NCBI GenBank assembly: GCA_050261575.1
Contig: JBLNDL010000015.1
Location: forward strand, 1 to 62,413
Reading direction: 5' to 3'
DNA length: 62,413 nt
Source: Sphingomonadaceae bacterium
GTDB lineage: Bacteria > Chloroflexota > UBA6077
Part shown: positions 7,191 to 16,737 of the stretch, in pieces
Layout: each line of letters opens with the position of its first letter
Position numbering within the stretch: the stretch's first letter is position 1
Translations under genes and position numbers: made by a program
Notes under the pieces: generated by a model
What the model saw: only the letters and a program-made list of their open reading frames with translations
What the model was told of the DNA's origin: nothing
Databases searched by the model: none

Positions 7191-9641
7191 ATGGCAAAGC
7201 AGGTGGACAAGTACAACCCGAGCGAGATCGAGCCGAAGTGGCAGGCCTGGTGGGAACAGACCGGCATCTACAAGGTCCGGGAGGACCCCACCAAGCCGAA
7301 GCACTACGCCCTGGTCATGTTCCCCTACACCTCGGGTGACCTCCACGTGGGCCACTGGTACAACTTCGCCCCAGCCGACACCCACGCCCGATACAAGCGG
7401 ATGCGGGGCTTCAACGTCTTCGAGCCGATAGGTTTCGACGCCTTCGGTCTGCCGGCCGAGGAAGCCGCAATCAAGAACGGCATCAACCCGGCCGACTGGA
7501 CGATGCGCAACATCGAAAACATGACCCGGCAACTAAAGACCATCGGCAACATGTACGACTGGAGCCATTCCGTAGCCACTTGCCTGCCCGAGTACTACCG
7601 CTGGAACCAGTGGTTCTTCCTGCAGTTCTACAAGCGCGGCCTGGCCTACCGGGCCAATGCTCCGGCCAACTGGTGCCCCCACTGCGAGACCGTGCTCGCC
7701 AACGAGCAGGTCGAGGACGGCAAGTGCTGGCGGTGCGACACCATCGTCACCCGGCGCGACCTGGAGCAGTGGTTCTTCAAGATCACCGCCTACGCCGACG
7801 AACTGCTGGACTTCAGCGAGATCGAGTGGCCCGAGCGGGTCGTAACCATGCAGCGCAACTGGATCGGCCGCAGCGAGGGCGTCCAGTTCACCATGCCGGT
7901 GGCCGACCGCAGCGAGACCTTCGAGGTGTTCACCACCCGCCCGGACACCATCTTCGGCATCACCTACGCCGTCCTCGCCCCGGAGCACCCCTTGGTGGAG
8001 AAGCTGACGACCCCCGACCGGCGGCAGGAGGTAGCGGAGTACGTGGCGCAGGCTCGCCGGCTGACGGAGATCGAGCGGCTCTCCACTGAGAAGGAGAAGA
8101 CAGGGGTCTTCATCGGCTCCTACGCAGTCAACCCGGTCAACGGCAGAAAGGCGCCGATCTGGATCGCCGACTACGTCCTGGCCACCTACGGCACCGGCGC
8201 CATCATGGCGGTGCCAGCACACGACGAGCGGGACTTCGAGTTCGCCCGGAAGTACGGGCTGCCCATCGTGGAGGTGATCAGCCCCACCGGCCAGCCCACA
8301 GGCGAGCTGCATCAGGCGTACACGGAGCCGGGCATCATGGTCAACTCCGGCCCCTTCGACGGCATCCCCTCGGAGGAGGGCAAGGTCAAGGTGGCCGAGT
8401 ATCTGGAATCCAAGGGGATCGGCAGACGGACGGTGAACTACCGCCTCCGCGACTGGCTGATCTCCCGCCAGCGATACTGGGGCACCCCCATCCCGATGAT
8501 CTACTGCGACCACTGCGGCATCGTACCGGTGCCCGAGGATCAACTGCCGATCACCCTGCCCCGGTACGAGGGCCTGGAATTCCAGGCTCGGGTGAACCCG
8601 CTGCGGTACGATGAGAACTTTGTCAACACCACCTGCCCGCAGTGCGGCGGCCCCGCTAGGCGCGAGACCGACACGATGGACACCTTCGTGGACTCCTCCT
8701 GGTACTTCCTGCGCTACACCAGCCCGGGATACCAGGAGGGCCCGTTCGATCCGCAGAAGGCCGCCTATTGGATGCCGGTCGACCAGTACATGGGCGGAGT
8801 GGAGCACGCCGTCATGCACCTGCTCTACTCCCGCTTCTTCCAGCGGGTGATCCGGGACATGGGGCTGTCGAAATACGGCGAGCCATTCAAGCGGCTGTTC
8901 AACCAGGGGATCATCCTGGGCCCGGACGGTTTCCGAATGAGCAAGTCCCGCGGCAACGTGGTGAACCCGGACGACTACGTGAAGCAGATGGGCGCCGACA
9001 CCGTCCGCTGCTACCTGATGTTCATCGGACCATGGGACTCGGGAGGACCGTGGAGCGCCAGCGGCATCAGCGGGGTGTTCAAGTTCCTGAACCGGGTATG
9101 GGGCGTGGTGCTGCAGGAGGCACCCAGCCGGGGCGCGAGCGACGCCACGGCCCAGGCCGACAAGAGCCTGACCCGGGCCATGCACAAGACGATCAAGACC
9201 GTCACCGACGACATGGAGAAGTTTCGCTTCAACACCATGCTCGCCCGACTGATGGAGTTCGTCAACACTATGAACGCGACCTACAACTCCGTCTCGGCGC
9301 CGGTGTGGAAGGAGGCGGTGGAGAAGCTGATCCTGCTACTGGCCCCCAGCGCGCCCCATCTGGCCGAGGAGCTGTGGCACCGCGTTGGCCACGAGGAGAG
9401 CGTTCACACCCAGTCGTGGCCACAGTACGAGGAGGCACTCACCGTCGAGGAGATGGTGACCCTCGTGGTGCAGGTAAACGGCAAGGTGCGTGACAAGCTG
9501 GAGATCCCGGTGGGAACCCCAAGGGAAGAGGTGCAGCGGCTGGTACTGGAGCGGCCCCGGGTCCTGGCGCAGATGGATGGGCGCCGGGTGAAGGACGTCA
9601 TCTACGTACCCAACCGGCTGGTGAACGTGGTGGTGGTGTAG
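7191..9641 (+). CDS. leuS: Leucine--tRNA ligase
   Basis: MFPY.SG.LHVGH (HIGH), RMSKS (KMSKS), YGTGAIMAVPAHD editing domain, VQVNGKVR C-terminus; ATG 7191 with GGAGG. Confidence 0.98.
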   Translation: MAKQVDKYNPSEIEPKWQAWWEQTGIYKVREDPTKPKHYALVMFPYTSGDLHVGHWYNFAPADTHARYKRMRGFNVFEPIGFDAFGLPAEEAAIKNGINPADWTMRNIENMTRQLKTIGNMYDWSHSVATCLPEYYRWNQWFFLQFYKRGLAYRANAPANWCPHCETVLANEQVEDGKCWRCDTIVTRRDLEQWFFKITAYADELLDFSEIEWPERVVTMQRNWIGRSEGVQFTMPVADRSETFEVFTTRPDTIFGITYAVLAPEHPLVEKLTTPDRRQEVAEYVAQARRLTEIERLSTEKEKTGVFIGSYAVNPVNGRKAPIWIADYVLATYGTGAIMAVPAHDERDFEFARKYGLPIVEVISPTGQPTGELHQAYTEPGIMVNSGPFDGIPSEEGKVKVAEYLESKGIGRRTVNYRLRDWLISRQRYWGTPIPMIYCDHCGIVPVPEDQLPITLPRYEGLEFQARVNPLRYDENFVNTTCPQCGGPARRETDTMDTFVDSSWYFLRYTSPGYQEGPFDPQKAAYWMPVDQYMGGVEHAVMHLLYSRFFQRVIRDMGLSKYGEPFKRLFNQGIILGPDGFRMSKSRGNVVNPDDYVKQMGADTVRCYLMFIGPWDSGGPWSASGISGVFKFLNRVWGVVLQEAPSRGASDATAQADKSLTRAMHKTIKTVTDDMEKFRFNTMLARLMEFVNTMNATYNSVSAPVWKEAVEKLILLLAPSAPHLAEELWHRVGHEESVHTQSWPQYEEALTVEEMVTLVVQVNGKVRDKLEIPVGTPREEVQRLVLERPRVLAQMDGRRVKDVIYVPNRLVNVVVV

Positions 9642-9711
9642 CGGCATAACTGGTTTACAATGTGGTTGGACCAACAAGCCATCGTGCCCGTACAGAGAAG
9701 GAGGGACGACC

Positions 9712-11346
9712 TTGAAAGGTGCTGCCGCAGTTGCCCACATCCTCCAACGGGAAGGGACCGAACAGCTCTTCTGCTTCCCCGTCAACCCCGTCATCGACAC
9801 GGCCGCCCAGTTGGGTATCCGGCCGATCATGGCCCGCTCGGAGCGCGCGGTGATCGGCATGGCGGACGGCTTCTCCAGGGTCACGAACGGCCGGCGGATC
9901 GGCGTCTGCGCCGTGCAGTACGGCCCCGGAACGGAGAACTCCTTCGGCGGCATCGCCCAGGCGTACTCCGACTCCACGCCCCTTCTCTTCCTGCCCGGCG
10001 GCGTTCCTGAGAGCAGGGCGGGGGTCAAGCCGAACTTCGAGGCCGTGTCCGCCTACCAGTCCGTCACCAAGTGGGTGGCCCGAATCAACCGGGCCGAACG
10101 CATCCCAGAGTTCATGAGGCGCGCCTTCACCTACCTGCGGACGGGCAGGTTGGGACCGGTGGCCCTGGAGCTACCGATGGACGTGCTGTCGGCGGAGACC
10201 GACGAATCCGAGGTCTCCTACCAGCCGGTGAGGGGCGCCAGGGCGATGGCCGACCCCGCCGACGTCTCCGCGGCCGCGAAGGCGCTGGTGGAAGCCGAGA
10301 GACCACTCATCCACGCGGGGGCGGGTATCCTCTACGCCCAGGCGTGGGAGGAGCTGCGGGAGCTGACCGAGTTGCTCCAGTCCCCGGTGATGACGACCCT
10401 GCCCGGCAAGAGCGCCTTCCCCGAGAACCACCCGCTATCCCTCGGGAGCGGCGGGCTGGCGTGGCCCAAGGCGGTGACCCACTACCTGGCCGAGTGCGAT
10501 ATCCTCTTCGCTGCCGGCGCCAGCATGTCCATCTCCAGCTTCGCCACCCTCATCCCGGCGGGTAAGGTCGCCGTGCAACTCGCGGTGGACGATCGCGACT
10601 TCAACAAGGACTACCCCTGTCGCCACCTGCTGCTCGGTGATGCGAAACTGGTGCTGCGCCAGCTCATCGAGGAGGTCCAGCGACGGCTGGGCCCGGAAGG
10701 CCGGAAGGGGGACGACAGGGTCGCACGGGAGGTGAAGGCGATCAAGGACTGGTGGCTGGCCGAGTGGATGCCGAAGCTCACCTCCGACGAGATCCCAATC
10801 AATCCCTACCGGGTGATCTGGGATCTGCAGCGGGCCCTGGACCCGCGCAACACCGTGGCCACCCACGACGCCGGCAATCCGCGAGACCAGATGAGCCCCT
10901 TCTGGCGAGCGGTGCAGCCGAACGGCTACATCGGCTGGGGCAAATCCACCCACCTGGGCTACAGTCTCGCCCTCGCTATGGGAGCCAAGGTAGCCCTGCC
11001 GGAGAAGACGGTGGTCAACGTCATGGGCGACGCCGCCTTCGGGCAGGGCGGAATGGACCTGGAGACGGCGGTGCGCAACCGGATAGGCACGCTCACCGTC
11101 CTGATGAACAACTCCTGCTTGGGAGGCTACGACAAACACCTGCCCAACGCCACTCGGCTGTACGGCACCCGCTACCTCACCGGGGACTACTGCAAGATAG
11201 CCGAGGGGCTGGGGGCCTACGTGGAGCGTGTGGAGCAGCCGGGGGAGATCGTTCCGGCCGTCCTGCGGGCCGTGAAGGTCACCGCCGACGGCCGTCCGGC
11301 GCTGCTGGAGGTGATCACGCGGGAGGAGAAGGAGTTCTCCAGGTAG
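9712..11346 (+). CDS. Thiamine pyrophosphate-requiring enzyme
   Basis: ER....MADGFSR, GPV.LELP.D, GDAAF...NN; TTG start with GGAGG. Confidence 0.88.
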   Translation: MKGAAAVAHILQREGTEQLFCFPVNPVIDTAAQLGIRPIMARSERAVIGMADGFSRVTNGRRIGVCAVQYGPGTENSFGGIAQAYSDSTPLLFLPGGVPESRAGVKPNFEAVSAYQSVTKWVARINRAERIPEFMRRAFTYLRTGRLGPVALELPMDVLSAETDESEVSYQPVRGARAMADPADVSAAAKALVEAERPLIHAGAGILYAQAWEELRELTELLQSPVMTTLPGKSAFPENHPLSLGSGGLAWPKAVTHYLAECDILFAAGASMSISSFATLIPAGKVAVQLAVDDRDFNKDYPCRHLLLGDAKLVLRQLIEEVQRRLGPEGRKGDDRVAREVKAIKDWWLAEWMPKLTSDEIPINPYRVIWDLQRALDPRNTVATHDAGNPRDQMSPFWRAVQPNGYIGWGKSTHLGYSLALAMGAKVALPEKTVVNVMGDAAFGQGGMDLETAVRNRIGTLTVLMNNSCLGGYDKHLPNATRLYGTRYLTGDYCKIAEGLGAYVERVEQPGEIVPAVLRAVKVTADGRPALLEVITREEKEFSR

Positions 11347-11364
11347 GGGGGCGAGGACACGACA

Positions 11365-11407
11365 GGGGCCGGCGAGGGAGTCCTCAGGGTTCTCCCCGCC
11401 GGCCCCT
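11365..11407 (+). terminator. GC-rich hairpin after TPP enzyme gene
   Basis: GGGGCCGGCG...CGCCGGCCCC inverted repeat directly after the stop codon; weak U-tract. Confidence 0.45.
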
Positions 11408-11512
11408 TCGGCCCGCGGGCAGAGCCTCTCGCGAGCGCCACACGTTGGAGTTGTACTGGCACGGGGACCCGCGAGGCATCCCCATCGGCCGCGGAGCGAC
11501 CCGATTGAACCC

Positions 11513-12499
11513 ATGGTGACAGACCCACAGCACACCCTGCGAATAGGTCCCCTGTCCCTGGAGACACCCATCCTGCTCGCCCCCATGGCAGGCTACACCA
11601 GCCTACCCTTCCGGACGATCGTTCGGCGGATGGGAGGGCTCGGCATGGCCTTCGCCGAGATGGTGAACCCCCAGAGCGTCCTTTGGGGCGGCGGAAAGCG
11701 GCGAGCGGAGATCCTGGCCACCGACCCGGCGGACCGGCCGCTTGGATACCAGATCTACGGCACCGACCCCCGCCTCATGTGCGACACTGCACGATGGCTG
11801 GAGGAGCGCGGAGCCACGCTGATCGACATCAACATGGGATGTCCCCGGCGGGAGATCACATCCTGTGGCGCGGGTTCCGCCCTCTTGAAGGAACCCATCA
11901 AGGCGGCCCGCTTGGCCGAGCAGGTGGTCGCCTCGGTCTCCATCCCCGTCACCGCAAAGCTACGGCTGGGCTGGGAGGCGGGATCGATGGTCGCCCCCGA
12001 TCTGGCCCGCGACCTGGAGAGGGCCGGCGTGGCCGCCGTCACCGTCCACGGGAGGACTAGGGCTCAGGCGTTCGCCGGAGAGGTGGACCTGGGCGGGATC
12101 CGGCGGGTGGTCGAGGCGGTGGAACGGATCCCGGTGATCGGCAACGGCGACGTCACGTCCCCCGAGGCGGCGCTGCGGATGTTGCGGGAGACCGGCTGTG
12201 CCGGGGTGATGGTTGCCAGGGGCGCCATCCGTGACCCGTGGCTGATCCGCGACGTCTGGCAGGCGTTGAGGGGTCTGCCGCCCCTGCCGGAACCCACTCG
12301 GGCCGAGCGGGCTCGACTCCTGCTGGAGCTATTCGAGGGATGCGTCCTCCACCACGGGGAGAAACACGCCGTCCCCGCCTTCCGCAAGTGGATCCCGGAG
12401 GCCAGCAAGAAGCTCGGGCTGAGCAAGGAGGCGATGATCCGCCTCCTGCGGATCGACGAGGTCGACGATGTGCGGCAGGCGCTGGCAGGGCTGAGCTGA
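11513..12499 (+). CDS. dusB: tRNA-dihydrouridine synthase (DusB-like)
   Basis: LAPMAG, IDINMGCP, GAGSALL, TVHGRT, GNGDV, GVMVARG. Confidence 0.9.
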   Translation: MVTDPQHTLRIGPLSLETPILLAPMAGYTSLPFRTIVRRMGGLGMAFAEMVNPQSVLWGGGKRRAEILATDPADRPLGYQIYGTDPRLMCDTARWLEERGATLIDINMGCPRREITSCGAGSALLKEPIKAARLAEQVVASVSIPVTAKLRLGWEAGSMVAPDLARDLERAGVAAVTVHGRTRAQAFAGEVDLGGIRRVVEAVERIPVIGNGDVTSPEAALRMLRETGCAGVMVARGAIRDPWLIRDVWQALRGLPPLPEPTRAERARLLLELFEGCVLHHGEKHAVPAFRKWIPEASKKLGLSKEAMIRLLRIDEVDDVRQALAGLS

Positions 12500-12556
12500 C
12501 CCGTCCCGTTCCCGCGCCTTCGGACACCGCGCTTCGTATCGAGAAGGCCCCCTCTC

Positions 12557-12565
12557 TGGTATAAT
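12557..12565 (+). promoter_or_regulatory. Extended -10 promoter for the rplI-dnaB operon
   Basis: TGG-TATAAT about 45 nt upstream of the rplI ATG. Confidence 0.6.
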
Positions 12566-12609
12566 CCCCCCACCAGTTGGGTGAAGTTGCTTTCCCAAGG
12601 AGAGGCCCT

Positions 12610-13065
12610 ATGAAGGTTCTGCTGCTTCAGGACGTCAAAGGGGTCGGCGAGGCCGGCCAGGTCAAGGAAGTTGCCGAGGGCTACGCCCGCAACTACCTGT
12701 TCCCCAAGAAGCTGGCCACACCCGCCACCCCGAGCGCCCTCAAGGAGTTGGAGGCCAGGCAGGCCGCGGAGAGGAAGCGGCAGGCGAAGCTCGACGAGGA
12801 GATGCGCGGTCTGGCCCAGAAGATCGCCGGCAGTTCCGTCACCGTCCGCTCCAAGGTCGGCGAGGGAGGCAAGCTGTACGGCTCCATCACCACCGCGGAC
12901 GTCGCCGAGGCGCTTGAGAGGCAACTGGGCGAAGTCGTGGACAAGCGCAAGATCGAGATCGAGGAGCCGATCCGCCACGTAGGCGAGTACAAGATCCCGG
13001 TCAAGCTCTCCAAGAACGTGAGCACCACCGTCAACCTAGTCGTCGAAGGCGAGGAAGGCGAGTAG
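12610..13065 (+). CDS. rplI: 50S ribosomal protein L9
   Basis: MKVLLLQDV...G..G...[18 protein letters not shown]. Confidence 0.98.
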   Translation: MKVLLLQDVKGVGEAGQVKEVAEGYARNYLFPKKLATPATPSALKELEARQAAERKRQAKLDEEMRGLAQKIAGSSVTVRSKVGEGGKLYGSITTADVAEALERQLGEVVDKRKIEIEEPIRHVGEYKIPVKLSKNVSTTVNLVVEGEEGE

Positions 13066-13159
13066 CCCCTGAGGGCTGAGGACTAGGGACTGAGAGCTGA
13101 GTGCCCAAACCAGGCTCAGTCCTCCGCCCTCAGTCCCGCGGAACACCCCCGGGTATCCG

Positions 13160-14527
13160 ATGGCCGTAGACAGCATCAACACTCAGAATCCTATCGACCG
13201 CCTGCCACCTCAGAATCCCGAGGCAGAGGAAGCCGTGCTCGGCAGCCTCCTCATGGATCCGGAGGCGATTGGCAAGATCTGCACGTTCCTGAAGCCCGAG
13301 GACTTCTACCGGGAACGGAACGCGGTCATCTACTCCGCCATGCTCGCGATCTACGGCCGCACCGCCCCGCAGGAGCCCGTGGATTTCCTCACCGTCAGCG
13401 ACGAGTTGAGGCGCACGGGACGCTACGAGGAGGTGGGCGGTCTCGCCTACCTCTCCCACTTGATCGGCGTGGTGCCCACCGCGGTCCACGTCGAGCACTA
13501 CGCCCGCATCGTCGAGCGCACCGCCGTCAAGCGCCGTCTCATCAGCACCGCCGGCAAGATCGCCGCCGTCGCCTACGACGACAGCCTGGACCTGGACGTG
13601 ACCCTGGAGAAAGCCGAGCAGTTGCTGTTCAACGTCTCTCAGCGGCGGGTCACCAGAGACTTCGAGCCGCTGTCCGCCATCCTGGGCGACTACCTGGAGC
13701 AGATGCACGCCACGGGAGCGGACGCGGAGCACGCAGGCGCTATCCCGTCCGGCTTCATCGAACTGGACAAGTACACCGGGGGGTTGCAGCGGTCCGACCT
13801 GATCATCGTGGCGGCTAGACCCAGCATGGGGAAGAGCACCTGGGCGCTGAACATCGTCCAGAACGCCGCAGTCCGACACCACGCCACCTGCGCCGTCTTC
13901 AGCCTGGAGATGTCCAAGCAGCAGTTGGCCCACCGGCTGCTGTGCGCCGAGTCCGGCGTGGACGCCACCAAGCTGCGCCTGGGCATGATCAACGACGCCG
14001 AGCAGCGAAAGCTCCACCACGCCTTCGAGACGCTATCGGAGGCGCCCATCTACATAGACGACACCCCCTCCATCAATCTGACAGAGTTGCGCTCCAAGGC
14101 TCGCAGGCTGCACCTTCAGGTGGGCATAGACGTCTTGGTGGTGGACTACCTCCAACTGATCACCACCAACCGCTCTGGAGACAACAGGGTTCAGGAGATA
14201 TCGGAGATCTCGCGCTCGCTGAAGGGGCTGGCCAGGGAGCTGAACGCGCCCGTGATCGCGCTCTCCCAGCTCTCGCGCGCCGTGGAGGCCAGAACCCCCC
14301 ACATCCCGATGCTGTCGGATCTGCGCGAATCGGGCAGCATCGAGCAAGACGCGGACATCGTCCTCTTCATCTATCGCGAGGATATGTACAACAAGGACAC
14401 GGAGAAGAAGGGGATCGCGGACATCATCCTGGCCAAGCACCGCAACGGGCCAACCGGACAGTTCCCGCTGCTGTTCTTGGACAAGTCCACCCGCTTCGTG
14501 GACCTGGAGGCCTACCGCCATGAGTAA
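13160..14527 (+). CDS. dnaB: Replicative DNA helicase
   Basis: PPQN.EAE.AVLG, AARPSMGKS, DYLQL, LSQLSR, SDLRESGSIEQDAD, KHRNGP. Confidence 0.98.
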   Translation: MAVDSINTQNPIDRLPPQNPEAEEAVLGSLLMDPEAIGKICTFLKPEDFYRERNAVIYSAMLAIYGRTAPQEPVDFLTVSDELRRTGRYEEVGGLAYLSHLIGVVPTAVHVEHYARIVERTAVKRRLISTAGKIAAVAYDDSLDLDVTLEKAEQLLFNVSQRRVTRDFEPLSAILGDYLEQMHATGADAEHAGAIPSGFIELDKYTGGLQRSDLIIVAARPSMGKSTWALNIVQNAAVRHHATCAVFSLEMSKQQLAHRLLCAESGVDATKLRLGMINDAEQRKLHHAFETLSEAPIYIDDTPSINLTELRSKARRLHLQVGIDVLVVDYLQLITTNRSGDNRVQEISEISRSLKGLARELNAPVIALSQLSRAVEARTPHIPMLSDLRESGSIEQDADIVLFIYREDMYNKDTEKKGIADIILAKHRNGPTGQFPLLFLDKSTRFVDLEAYRHE

Positions 14528-14626
14528 TGGCAGACGCGGAGACGCGGAGATATGGAGATGCAGAGAAGGCATCTTCTCCCCGCGTCCGCGCGCGTTCGCG
14601 TCTCCATGTCGTAACCGAGACGGCAG

Positions 14627-15358
14627 GTGCGCACGGTGAGGAAGTTCAGCGGCTTTCCCGACAGGATGAAGTTCACACCCGTCCCCAACCTCTTCTTCAG
14701 TTCGCTGCTGGTGGAGATCGGTGACCTTGCGGAGTTGAAGGTAACCCTCCACATTATCCGTGTGCTGTACGAGAAGCGGGGATTCCCCCGCATGGTCCGG
14801 CTGAGCGAGCTGGCCAGGGACAGGTCCCTGCTGATGGCGCTTCAGGGTCCAGGCGGGGAAGCGCCCGAAGAACGGCTGCTGGCCGCTCTGGAGAAGGCTT
14901 GCGCCAGGGGCACCCTGGTCACTGCACACCTCCAGGAGGGGGAGTCCGAGGATCGCTGCTACCTGCTGAACACGGCGCTGAACCGCGAGGTGCTGAAGCA
15001 GGTGGAGCGGGGAGAAGTGAAACTGACTGAGGGTGCTGCCCGGGTGGATTGGGCTACGCTCCCCGAGCAGCGGCCCACGATATACGATCTGTACGAGCAG
15101 AACATCGGGCTGTTGACCCCGTTGATAGCCGAGGAGCTGCAGCAGGCGGAGGAAACGTACCCCCAGGAGTGGATCGTGGCCGCCTTCCGAGAGGCGGTCA
15201 GCTACAACCGACGCAACTGGCGCTACGTCCGCCGGATCCTGGAGAACTGGGCCACCGATGGGAGAGGTGAGGATGGAAAGGGTAGGCGACATTCTAAAGG
15301 GTCTGAATCCCCTGCAAAGTACCTCACGGGAAAGTACGCCCACCTCCTCCAGCGATAG
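14627..15358 (+). CDS. DnaD domain protein (replication initiation/helicase loading)
   Basis: N-terminal TPVPN.FF..LL..I.DL.ELKV.L; C-terminal YEQNIG.LTP...EEL...W...A..EAV..N.R.W.YV..IL.NW (DnaB_2 domain). Confidence 0.85.
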   Translation: MRTVRKFSGFPDRMKFTPVPNLFFSSLLVEIGDLAELKVTLHIIRVLYEKRGFPRMVRLSELARDRSLLMALQGPGGEAPEERLLAALEKACARGTLVTAHLQEGESEDRCYLLNTALNREVLKQVERGEVKLTEGAARVDWATLPEQRPTIYDLYEQNIGLLTPLIAEELQQAEETYPQEWIVAAFREAVSYNRRNWRYVRRILENWATDGRGEDGKGRRHSKGSESPAKYLTGKYAHLLQR

Positions 15359-16703
15359 CGACGAGCCCGAGGAGGAGCCCGTCTGCCCCCTCTGCCGGGG
15401 AGCTCGCTTCCTGCGGATGGACGTCCCCCCTGGCCATCCCGATTCCGGCAAGCTCGTTCCCTGCAAGTGCCAATCGGAGGCCATCACCCACGAGCGGAGA
15501 GCGCGGCTCCAGAGGCTCAGCAACCTGGGTCCCCTGGCACGACTCACCTTCGGCAACCTGATCAAGGAGGGGCGCAACCCCGACCCCCGCAGTCGGGATC
15601 GCTTCCGCCGGGCCTACACCCTCTGCCGCGAGTATTCGAAGGCGCCGGATGGCTGGCTCGTGCTGTTGGGCCCCAGCGGCTGCGGCAAGACCCACCTAGC
15701 GGCCGCCATCGCCAACGAGCGGATGGAGGTCGGCGAGCATGTGCTCTTCGTCGTCGTGCCGGACCTCCTGGACCACCTGCGCGCCTCCTTCAGCCCCAAC
15801 AGCGAACTGCCCTACGACGAGCTGTTCGAGAACGTGAAGGCCGCGCCGCTGCTGATCCTGGACGACTTCGGCACCCAGAGCGCGACCCCCTGGGCTCAGG
15901 AGAAGCTGTTCCAGATCTTCAACCACCGCTACAACGCTCAACTGCCCACGGTGATCACGTCCAACAACCAACTGGACGAGATCGACGAGCGGCTGCGCTC
16001 GAGGATGACCGACCCGATGCTGTGCAAGGTGTGCACGGTGGAGGAACGACAGTCCCTCGCCTACGAGAAGCTGGGCAGCGAGTTGCCCGAGTTGCTGAGG
16101 GGAATGACCTTCGACAGCTTCGATCGCCGGGGTCAGGCGGTGGACGATATGGCGCTGGACAGCCTGCGGGAGGCGTACAAGCTGGCCCGAGCCTTCGCGG
16201 AGGAGCCGCATCTCTGGCTCGTGCTGTTGGGCCCAACCGGCTGCGGCAAGACCCACCTGGCAGCGGCCATCGCCAACGAGGTGATCGCCCGGGGGCAGCC
16301 GGCCTACTTCGTGGTGGTGCCAGACCTGCTGGACCACCTCCGCTCTGCATACAGCCCCGATAGCAGGGTACCCTACGACGAGCTGTTCGAGGCGATCCGC
16401 ACCGCGCCGCTGCTGATCCTGGACGACCTGGGGGCCCACAGCAGTACCCCCTGGGCGGAGGAGAAGCTGTTCCAGCTAGTCAACCACCGGTACAACCACC
16501 GGCTGCCCACGGTGATCACCACCAACCAGTCGCTGGACGAGATGGACGAGCGGCTGGCCTCCCGCCTGGCGGATCTGAAGGTGAGCACCCTCCTCCTGAT
16601 CTCGGCCCCCAGCTACCGGGCCACGCCCCAGCCGAGGTCCGAGAGGCGCAAGACGGCGGGCGGCCGAACCGTGAGCCGCAGGACAACCAGGACCGGGGAC
16701 TGA
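15273..16703 (+). CDS. DnaC/IstB-like ATPase with Zn-ribbon and two tandem AAA+ domains
   Basis: CPLC...C.C; two copies of G.GCGKTHLAAAIAN, LLILDD.G and NHRYN..LPTVIT. Confidence 0.9.
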   Translation: MERVGDILKGLNPLQSTSRESTPTSSSDSDEPEEEPVCPLCRGARFLRMDVPPGHPDSGKLVPCKCQSEAITHERRARLQRLSNLGPLARLTFGNLIKEGRNPDPRSRDRFRRAYTLCREYSKAPDGWLVLLGPSGCGKTHLAAAIANERMEVGEHVLFVVVPDLLDHLRASFSPNSELPYDELFENVKAAPLLILDDFGTQSATPWAQEKLFQIFNHRYNAQLPTVITSNNQLDEIDERLRSRMTDPMLCKVCTVEERQSLAYEKLGSELPELLRGMTFDSFDRRGQAVDDMALDSLREAYKLARAFAEEPHLWLVLLGPTGCGKTHLAAAIANEVIARGQPAYFVVVPDLLDHLRSAYSPDSRVPYDELFEAIRTAPLLILDDLGAHSSTPWAEEKLFQLVNHRYNHRLPTVITTNQSLDEMDERLASRLADLKVSTLLLISAPSYRATPQPRSERRKTAGGRTVSRRTTRTGD

Positions 16704-16737
16704 GAGAGTATCGCTCAGGACGCGGGGCCCAGCACTC

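Noticed and set aside
7533..9185. Long antisense or alternate-frame ORFs (also 14033-15577, 27042-29498, 48641-50362)
   Set aside because: These are shadows of real high-GC genes with no recognisable motifs.
15273..16703. IS21 IstB transposition helper
   Set aside because: No IstA or terminal repeats; it lies in an operon with rplI, dnaB and the DnaD-domain gene.
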